From assembly GCA_029838215.1 (NCBI GenBank), contig JALGVI010000073.1, forward strand, positions 1-14,375: DNA of 14,375 nt, in the 5' to 3' direction. Under the pieces are notes generated by a model, which was not told the DNA's origin, did not search any database, and was given only the letters and a program-made list of their open reading frames with translations. Below are positions 6,527-13,109 of this stretch, piece after piece. Source of the DNA: Candidatus Helarchaeota archaeon (GTDB lineage Archaea > Asgardarchaeota > Lokiarchaeia > Helarchaeales > RDOG01). Each line of letters begins with the position of its first letter. The first letter of the stretch is position 1. A program made the position numbers and the translations under genes.

Positions 6527-7501
6527 CTATCGTTTTATTTTATCGGGCAAGTAGAAATCATACTTTTTTCGCAAGATCTTGGTCTTGATGAACCGGTCCA
6601 TTCGTCGAAATCCTTGAAAAATTACCCAAATTCGCTTGTCACCTTTATAATAAGACTCGATTTCTTCCAAAGTGAATGGTTCCATTTCGAATTGTTTCCC
6701 TTCGTTCGTGAAGAACTCGTTCACGAGGTCGATCAAGGAAGGCACGATTTCCGGTAATTGTTCCTTGTAGAAGTTTGCGAGTAAATCCGTGACGACGGAC
6801 CTGAAATCATAGTACCTGTCGACCACCTCTTGAAGGAAAAGTAATTTTAAGAGCCATCGCAACCCCGAAGGCGCGCTCTTTAAAAATAGAACGGGTTCCA
6901 TCGCTTCTTCGCCATCAATTCGGAATAACGGCGTCGATGTGTCAACGTACGAAAGCCTGGCTTGTTCCGTGACGCGCGGGTCATTTTCGTCATAATCGAC
7001 CACGGCCCAATTTGATATCTGCCCGTCAAAACCGATTTCTAAATTGGGCACTTTTTTCTGGTTGAAGTCCCATACTTTCGTGAGTTCTTTCAAGATCAAC
7101 CCGACCAGAATCTTTATCTCTTCATCGCTGACGTGATGGATTACCTGATTACCGATGGAAGCAGGATTCAACTTCTCCTGCACGCAAAATAACGTGATTT
7201 TCTTTTTTTTCTTGCCTGAAAACACCCAGTCCGTTCCATACGGGGGAACGTTGATCCCGACTTCTTCTTTTAGCAGGCGATTGTATTCGTTATAGGCATT
7301 GACGTGCCTTGCTACCTGTTCTTCCGTGTCAAATATCGGGAGCCGTTTGAAAGCCAATCCTTCATTTTTTTCGGTTAAAATTTCGAATACGAGACTTATT
7401 TCACCAAATCCGAGAACTCGAATGGGAACGGGGCCGTCCTCGGGTTGTCTCGTGTCAAGCATCCGTTCGAATTCTTCCAAGAGCTCGTGATCGATCTTCA
7501 T
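6527..7501 (-). CDS. Protein-kinase-like (PKL/APH-type fold) hypothetical protein, resembling DUF6206 proteins
   Basis: Gly-rich loop LGFGEISLV, beta3 lysine AFK52, catalytic loop D159-GQIS-N164 and metal-binding YVD187. RBS GGAGG at 7514-7518. The DUF6206 label is from memory and needs an HMM check. Confidence 0.8.
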   Translation of the reverse strand: MKIDHELLEEFERMLDTRQPEDGPVPIRVLGFGEISLVFEILTEKNEGLAFKRLPIFDTEEQVARHVNAYNEYNRLLKEEVGINVPPYGTDWVFSGKKKKKITLFCVQEKLNPASIGNQVIHHVSDEEIKILVGLILKELTKVWDFNQKKVPNLEIGFDGQISNWAVVDYDENDPRVTEQARLSYVDTSTPLFRIDGEEAMEPVLFLKSAPSGLRWLLKLLFLQEVVDRYYDFRSVVTDLLANFYKEQLPEIVPSLIDLVNEFFTNEGKQFEMEPFTLEEIESYYKGDKRIWVIFQGFRRMDRFIKTKILRKKYDFYLPDKIKR

Positions 7502-7525
7502 TTTTCCAAATCCCCTCCTATTTTC

Positions 7526-8830
7526 TCATTTCGGCATCGGTAATTTTTTAAGTGCGACATCCAATCGTGAGAGAATTTCGTCAATGTCGTCCGATTCCAC
7601 GATGAGAGGCGGCATTAATTTTATGGTTTTCTCATTATTTCCGCAAAAATCTGCAAGAATGCCATTCTCGATCATGCTCAGGGTATAGCCCAGCCCGTAC
7701 CTGTCGTTGATGAATTCCACGCCCCACATTAATCCACGTCCTCGAACGTCAGTTATCAATTTTCCGAATTCTTCCTTGAATTCCATCAGTCCGTTTCCCA
7801 ATTGTCTGCCCATTTCCCTGACGTGTTTTAAAAATGCGGGTTGCGAAATGATTTCGAGCATTCTTCGACTCACGTAGCAGCCCAATTCTGAACCTCCCGT
7901 CGTGCTGATGTGGAGAAATGGATCGTCCTCGAAAACCTCCTCGATGAATGGCTTGTAACTGCAGGTGGCAAGCGGATAATACCCTGCAGTCATTCCCTTG
8001 GCAAGAACCACGATGTCAGGGACAATCTTGGCATCCTCGTATAGACCTCCATCCAAAGCCCATGGATGCCCCGTTCTCGCCAAGCCCGTTTGAACCTCAT
8101 CGGCGATGAAAAGCACTCCCTTCTCATCACACAGTTCCCTTACTTGAGGAAAATAATCCTTCGGCGGGATCAGGATGCCTCCCGTTGCGGGAATGGGCTC
8201 GAAAATGCAACACGCCGTTTCTTCATCAATTACCTTCCGGAAATCATCTATATCGCCGAATTTAACTTTATGAAAGTCTGGCGGGTTCCAGAGAAATGCG
8301 TCCTTGAATCGCGGATCCCCTGCCCCCAATGCAAGACCCGTCACGCCGTGATATGCCGTCCATGCAGAGATGATTTTCTTCCGCTTGGTCGATGCCCTTG
8401 CCAACTTGATGGCGAGATCAATTGCTTCGCCGCCACCCACGCAGAATTGCGTTTTTGAAATGTCTCCCGGAAGCAGTCCTGCTAGCTTTCTCGCAAGAAG
8501 CGCCCTTTGCTCGCTGAGAAGGTGGTGATCGCCAATGTTTAGCCCGCCATCTATCCCTTCCTTGAGAGCTTTAATGATCTCGGGATGGTTGTGTCCCAAG
8601 TTGAATACGCCTCCACTCGTCCTGCAGTCGATCAAAACCCGTGGTGGCTTGTTCTTGCGGACACCTTCCAACGTGGTAATCCGAATGCCTTCTCTTTTAC
8701 CTTGAATGACACCAAAGCCAATACTCTTGAAAAAGTTGGCTTTTGGCTCTGAAACATGTCGGGCATAATCCTTGATGAGAGACCTCTGACTTTCGGTCCC
8801 GATAACCTGCTTTTCGGGAGACATGAACAT
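7526..8830 (-). CDS. Class III PLP-dependent enzyme, putrescine aminotransferase (PatA)-like
   Basis: FNLGHNHP, YHG, FEPI, IADEVQTGLARTG, VLAKG (PLP Lys at 7997-7999), DDPFLHISTTGG (cf. PatA DNPFLHTTTFGG), RGRGLM and NNEKTIKLMPPL. ATG 8830 is preferred over GTG 8833 on AGGA spacing. Confidence 0.92.
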   Translation of the reverse strand: MFMSPEKQVIGTESQRSLIKDYARHVSEPKANFFKSIGFGVIQGKREGIRITTLEGVRKNKPPRVLIDCRTSGGVFNLGHNHPEIIKALKEGIDGGLNIGDHHLLSEQRALLARKLAGLLPGDISKTQFCVGGGEAIDLAIKLARASTKRKKIISAWTAYHGVTGLALGAGDPRFKDAFLWNPPDFHKVKFGDIDDFRKVIDEETACCIFEPIPATGGILIPPKDYFPQVRELCDEKGVLFIADEVQTGLARTGHPWALDGGLYEDAKIVPDIVVLAKGMTAGYYPLATCSYKPFIEEVFEDDPFLHISTTGGSELGCYVSRRMLEIISQPAFLKHVREMGRQLGNGLMEFKEEFGKLITDVRGRGLMWGVEFINDRYGLGYTLSMIENGILADFCGNNEKTIKLMPPLIVESDDIDEILSRLDVALKKLPMPK

Positions 8831-8894
8831 CACTTGTCCTAATTGAGAGAATTTTGAAATGATTCTCCTGCGATCTTTTTTCCCGTCCTCCCGA

Positions 8895-8906
8895 CTTAAA
8901 TCTTTC
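8895..8906 (-). promoter_or_regulatory. Putative BRE/TATA (GAAAGA-TTTAAG) for the PLP enzyme/kinase unit
   Basis: The minus strand reads ...gggaaagatttaagtc..., about 65 nt upstream of the start: a purine-rich tract directly followed by TTTAAG. Confidence 0.35.
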
Positions 8907-8914
8907 CCTTACGG

Positions 8915-10511
8915 GAAATTTCAGGGGAAACAAGCATTCGATAGGAGCCCTTCCGTTCTCGTCTGGCTGAGATCGGGCGATCTCAGGTCCGACAAATTCC
9001 GATTCCATTCCTCCACGGCAAATTCTGGCTTGTAATCCCTGAATGCCGTGGGCTTGTTGATCAAGTCGGGGCGATGTACTTTCACGGCGGTCAGAGCCGT
9101 CAGGAGCTCGATGCACTTCAATTTTCCGATGCACATCCGCGAATTCTCGCGCCCCCGGTTGTTCATTCGATCCGCGTGGTACACGACCTTGGCGGGCGAA
9201 AAAGCCCGCTCGATTTTCGTCCGAAAATTCAGGAGCCGCTCCAAATGTGGGTGCATTTCGGGCGGAACCTGCGAAATGTTGAGGTACTTGCGGGGGCCAA
9301 TTTGGATCACGTCCTGCTTGATGTTTTTCCTGGCGCAAATCAACGGGACGATCCCGGCAGCGGCCACCAAGTTCAAGGATTTCTTGGAGTAGGGGCCGGC
9401 ATCCGAAAGCAGCATCTTGGAGGGTGGGAGCCTGAGGGTTCGCAACTCCTGAAATGTCTCCCTGAAGATCGGATTGTCATTTCGATTGCCGGGAAAAGAT
9501 TGATAATGAACCGGCAGGTTGTATTTGGCACAGATGAAGGAGGAGTCCACGTACCCCAAGCCGCGAAATTTCCCGACGTGCTTGTATTTCCCGGCCTCCG
9601 CGTCTGCAAAAGCCTTCAACGTTTTATTCTTGTTTTTGGCGCAGTTACTTTCCAAGAAGCGTCCGTCCCAGATGATGATCTTGCAATCGATCACCTTGTA
9701 ACGGATGCCCTCCTGAACCAACGTGAAAGAGTAATCTTGAATGTTCCGGCTCCCGAGATGGTAGACTTGCTGTCCGTAATGTCCCGGATCTGGAATACTT
9801 TCCGGAGGAATTCCCACGGCATCAATCAGCCCCGGCGTGTATCTCAAGGCATCAATCCAGCGTTCAAACCGCCACACGCCGCGCTTGTACCGGGCCATTT
9901 CCAGCCGGAACACGTCGGCCATCGATAAATCCTGATAGAGCCGCTCTTGGAACGCGGTCAGGGGGAGCTCGTCCCAAAATTTCAGCGAATTAAACCGGAA
10001 CAGGTATTCCAAATAGCCCGTGGAGCTCTTATGGGCTTGTAAAGCCCGGTACTCGACCAACTGCCGGAAAGAGGGCGGGATCGGAGGCAAGTCAAGTTTT
10101 TGTCGGTAAGGGAGCTTGAAGCCCCCGGGTAGACCGGTTGCCGGACTTACAAGGAACCGGCTCAGATGCACTTGCTTTGGGGAAAAAAACATTTTTTTCA
10201 CGCGCTTTTTTCTTCTCTTGATCCCCATGCCGCCCAACTCTTTTTCTACTCGGTATCGATCCCGCGGTTTGGACATGTCAAAGTAGTGGATTTGGGGAGT
10301 TCCCAAAAAGTCGGGGACTTGCATCTGAATGAGCTTTCTCTTTTTCCAGACCAAGATGAACATGGTTAATATCTTGCGACCTCACCTATAAGTGTCTTTT
10401 GGCTTGGGTTACAAGCCTTGAAATGAGACTCCATTCTCTAATTTTCTCAAAGTACGTGTTCATCTCAGGAAAAGTTGGACTCGCTAGACCCCTCCCTGAA
10501 TCGAAATTTCA
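8915..10511 (-). mobile_element. Putative insertion sequence (boundaries uncertain)
   Basis: A single transposase ORF flanked by the direct repeat GAAATTTCA (8915-8923 and 10503-10511). The right copy coincides with an abrupt shift to AT-rich DNA. No convincing long terminal inverted repeat was found. Confidence 0.5.
8921..10363 (-). CDS. DDE transposase of the IS4-like superfamily (DDE_Tnp_1 type)
   Basis: Candidate catalytic residues LIDAVG (D), LLSDAGPYS (D) and RTKIERAFSPAK (E). The last fits the R-x3-E-x6-K signature. Also QSFPGNRNDNPIF and GIVPLICARKN, typical of the insertion-domain region. The exact start codon is uncertain. Confidence 0.88.
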   Translation of the reverse strand: MFILVWKKRKLIQMQVPDFLGTPQIHYFDMSKPRDRYRVEKELGGMGIKRRKKRVKKMFFSPKQVHLSRFLVSPATGLPGGFKLPYRQKLDLPPIPPSFRQLVEYRALQAHKSSTGYLEYLFRFNSLKFWDELPLTAFQERLYQDLSMADVFRLEMARYKRGVWRFERWIDALRYTPGLIDAVGIPPESIPDPGHYGQQVYHLGSRNIQDYSFTLVQEGIRYKVIDCKIIIWDGRFLESNCAKNKNKTLKAFADAEAGKYKHVGKFRGLGYVDSSFICAKYNLPVHYQSFPGNRNDNPIFRETFQELRTLRLPPSKMLLSDAGPYSKKSLNLVAAAGIVPLICARKNIKQDVIQIGPRKYLNISQVPPEMHPHLERLLNFRTKIERAFSPAKVVYHADRMNNRGRENSRMCIGKLKCIELLTALTAVKVHRPDLINKPTAFRDYKPEFAVEEWNRNLSDLRSPDLSQTRTEGLLSNACFP

Positions 10512-10629
10512 TCCGTCAAAAAGATTTATATTTGACAATAAGGTTAAAAAACGTGATCAGATTGATTTAAAAATTCTCTCAATTATTCTAGTAATAATTT
10601 TTTTACAATTATATTTTGGATGTTTTAGC

Positions 10630-11448
10630 ATGGCTAGACCTCTTTGGTTTGTTGAATTACTCAAGAAATTATTTCGGACTCGGCATTTCCTAGCTCGATT
10701 AACAAAAGTTCCAATTCTTGGAAGCATGATGAAAATGATGATTTTTGAGGGAGATCATCTGGTCTGTCTACCAAAAGATCATTTAATTCAAATTAATCAA
10801 TCTGTTGAAGTCGATGAAAATACCGTTTTACCATCTCAAGTAGTTGAATATTTCATCAAGAAAGCAAAATATAGATGGATAATGAATTTTTGCATTTGTC
10901 GTGAATCAAATAAATGTAAGGATTATCCCCGAGAGCTAGGCTGTTTATTTCTCGGTGAAGCCGTTTTAGGAATTAATCCAAAACTTGGTCGGTTGGTTTC
11001 TCGAGAGGAAGCCATTGAACATGTAAAAAAATGTCGTGAAGCAGGACTAGTTCATTTCATAGGAAAAAATAAACTGGATTCGATATGGTTAGGGATCGGA
11101 CCTGAGGAGAAACTCTTGACTATCTGTTCTTGCTGTCCTTGTTGTTGTATTTCGGGGGGATTAAAATACATGTCAAGTCAAATTGCTGACATGTATTCAA
11201 AGTTAGGTGGAATCGAAGTCAAAGTAACAGATCTGTGCGTCGGATGCGGAACTTGCACTAAAAATGTTTGTTTTATGGATGCCATTCAATTAATAGATAA
11301 TAAAGCCGTTATAAATTCAAAGAAATGCATGGGTTGCGGTCGATGCGTGGATATTTGTCCCAGAAAGGCAATTCAACTTACCATGCACGACCCATCTATT
11401 ATTCAAAAGACCATCAATAATTTATCTAAACGTGTTTCAGTCACATAA
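10630..11448 (+). CDS. Iron-sulfur cluster-binding protein with a CxCCxCCC motif and a C-terminal 2x[4Fe-4S] ferredoxin domain
   Basis: CICRESNKC...CLFLG, GLVH, ICSCCPCCC, CVGCGTCTKNVC and CMGCGRCVDICP. The start is reassigned to ATG 10630 (MARPLWF..., 272 aa), because the upstream extension from TTG 10399 is non-conserved-looking and would overlap the IS end. Confidence 0.88.
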   Translation: MARPLWFVELLKKLFRTRHFLARLTKVPILGSMMKMMIFEGDHLVCLPKDHLIQINQSVEVDENTVLPSQVVEYFIKKAKYRWIMNFCICRESNKCKDYPRELGCLFLGEAVLGINPKLGRLVSREEAIEHVKKCREAGLVHFIGKNKLDSIWLGIGPEEKLLTICSCCPCCCISGGLKYMSSQIADMYSKLGGIEVKVTDLCVGCGTCTKNVCFMDAIQLIDNKAVINSKKCMGCGRCVDICPRKAIQLTMHDPSIIQKTINNLSKRVSVT

Positions 11449-11460
11449 TTCTAACTGAAA

Positions 11461-11468
11461 TTTTTTTT
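11461..11468 (+). terminator. Possible archaeal oligo-T terminator
   Basis: A T8 run begins 13 nt after the stop of the Fe-S protein gene. Confidence 0.35.
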
Positions 11469-11676
11469 CATTCAATTCAAGCATTGTAGCATTTTTCTTT
11501 CCTCTTTATTTATTATTTAAAAATGTGAAAGCATACATTGAATTAACAATTAATTTGGATAATTTTCAAAATTAACAATAGACTAAAGCCATTCTTAAAA
11601 TTTAAAAATTTACAAAACAAAATAATTCAAGATTGAAAAAATAAATGATGTCGAAGAACGGAACGGAGCAATCCAA

Positions 11677-12441
11677 ATGACAATACGGAAAACATTGAGT
11701 AAATATTGGTGGGAAATCATTTTAGCAGTCTTCTTGCTTTCGCTCTCCATGTTTGGTTATTTCATTCATTTCACGATCTTTCTCGACCTGTACCACATCT
11801 TGATTTTCATGATCGGAGACATCGCCTTCATTCCAATTGAAATATTGGTGGTGACGTTAATCTTAGACCAGATATTGAATTGGAGAGATAAGCAATCCTT
11901 GCTAAAGAAGTTGAACATGGTCATTGGCATGTTTTTTAGAGAAGTTGGAATCGAATTGCTCAACCGGTTTGCAACCAAAGATCCGAATAGGGGTAGAATT
12001 TGCAAGGAGCTCCAGATAGAGCAAGGTTGGCCAAAGAAGAAATTCTCGCGCGTCGCGAACAATCTTCACACAAATGAAATCACGATATCCATCGGAGACA
12101 GCACCGAGTTACAGGATTTAAAGAGGTTTCTGGTGGAAAAGTGGAACTTCTTGCTGGGACTGCTTGGAAATCCCAATCTATTGGAACACGAATCATTTAT
12201 CGAACTTCTCTGGGCGGTATTCCACCTATCAGAAGAATTAGCGAATAGAAATGATTTAGAACACATCCCTGATGCTGATCTAGAGCACTTAATCGGAGAT
12301 ATTAAACGCGCCTATAAATTTCTTACTACGGAATGGCTTGCATACATGCATCACTTAAGCAGGGAATATCCATTTCTCTTCTCCTTTGCAATGCGGACGA
12401 ATCCTTTCGATCCCAGTGCTTGTGTTGAAGTTCGCCCGTGA
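11677..12441 (+). CDS. Conserved hypothetical membrane protein (N-terminal TM helices plus a soluble helical domain)
   Basis: Hydrophobic N-terminus, then GDIAFIPIEILVVTLI, KLNMVIGMFFREVG, LLGNPNLLEHESF and YPFLFSFAMRTNPFD. I recognise these motifs from an uncharacterised family of anaerobic archaea and bacteria. RBS GGAG at 11665-11668. Confidence 0.85.
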   Translation: MTIRKTLSKYWWEIILAVFLLSLSMFGYFIHFTIFLDLYHILIFMIGDIAFIPIEILVVTLILDQILNWRDKQSLLKKLNMVIGMFFREVGIELLNRFATKDPNRGRICKELQIEQGWPKKKFSRVANNLHTNEITISIGDSTELQDLKRFLVEKWNFLLGLLGNPNLLEHESFIELLWAVFHLSEELANRNDLEHIPDADLEHLIGDIKRAYKFLTTEWLAYMHHLSREYPFLFSFAMRTNPFDPSACVEVRP

Positions 12442-12461
12442 TTTAAAATTGGACGAAAATT

Positions 12462-13082
12462 TCATTTAAGCTTCAAAAATGAAGCAACTCTTTTTTTTAT
12501 CGTGAAAAGGACGCCTTTTCTTCCGACATTACAGACCAACGTTCGTCCAATTTTGGTGGCTTGTTGTTCCTGTTCGTGAATGTGTCCGCAGGCAACGAGA
12601 ATGGGTTGGGTTTGTTCGATGAAATCCCTGAATTCAGGAACCCCAACCTGCCTTCCGTCATTGCAAGTGTCAACCGCCCCACGAGGAGGCACGTGTGAAA
12701 CGATGACCAATTCCCGAGTGGAAGCTTTGCGCAATTTTTCACGGGCTTTGGGCAATGCTAATTTCAGGTCAACCTCATCACCTCCGAGTCCGAAAAAATC
12801 CAGTCCCTCAAATTTCATCAAGGCGAGATGGATGTTCACGGCATTTTTCAGATGCAAGTTCATGTCAAGTTGCTCTTCAGAATTTCCCCAAACGAAAAAT
12901 ATATTTTTAAAATGGAGATTCCTCAATCTTTGCTCCAGAGTTCGAATGTAACCGCCATCTTGCAAATCACCGCAGAGTAGCAATAGGTCAGGTTCGTGTA
13001 TCTCCAATTTCTTCTTCACTTCAATGAAATGATTTTGAAGCCCCCATAATCCGTGAAAGTCCGAGAAAGCAAGAATTTTCAT
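12462..13082 (-). CDS. Calcineurin-like metallophosphoesterase
   Basis: SDFHG (DxH), CGDLQD (GDxxD), WGNSE (variant GNH[D/E]), VSHVPP and CGHIHE (GHxH). Confidence 0.9.
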   Translation of the reverse strand: MKILAFSDFHGLWGLQNHFIEVKKKLEIHEPDLLLLCGDLQDGGYIRTLEQRLRNLHFKNIFFVWGNSEEQLDMNLHLKNAVNIHLALMKFEGLDFFGLGGDEVDLKLALPKAREKLRKASTRELVIVSHVPPRGAVDTCNDGRQVGVPEFRDFIEQTQPILVACGHIHEQEQQATKIGRTLVCNVGRKGVLFTIKKRVASFLKLK

Positions 13083-13109
13083 TTTAAATCAAAAAAAGAA
13101 TTAAACGGT

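Noticed and set aside
9074-9928. 284-aa antisense ORF inside the transposase
   Set aside because: A shadow ORF expected on the opposite strand of a GC-rich gene. It has no motifs. The same applies to 8697-9338, 9048-9392 and the other nested ORFs.
8904-10417. Hairpins containing TTAC, suggesting an IS200/IS605-type element
   Set aside because: The encoded enzyme has DDE motifs rather than HUH/Y1, and there is no TnpB.
8843-10450. Imperfect 14/19 inverted repeat (8843-8861 versus 10432-10450) as the IS terminal repeat
   Set aside because: AT-rich and low identity, no flanking target duplication, and it would place the IS end directly against the PLP gene's RBS.
10399-10629. N-terminal extension of the 349-aa Fe-S ORF from TTG 10399
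   Set aside because: It runs through the putative IS end and an AT-rich intergenic tract. The family-like sequence begins at MARPLWF (10630).
11541-11579. AATTAA-CAA-TTAATT palindrome and AATTAACAAT direct repeat
   Set aside because: They lie in an extremely AT-rich intergenic tract where such matches arise readily by chance.
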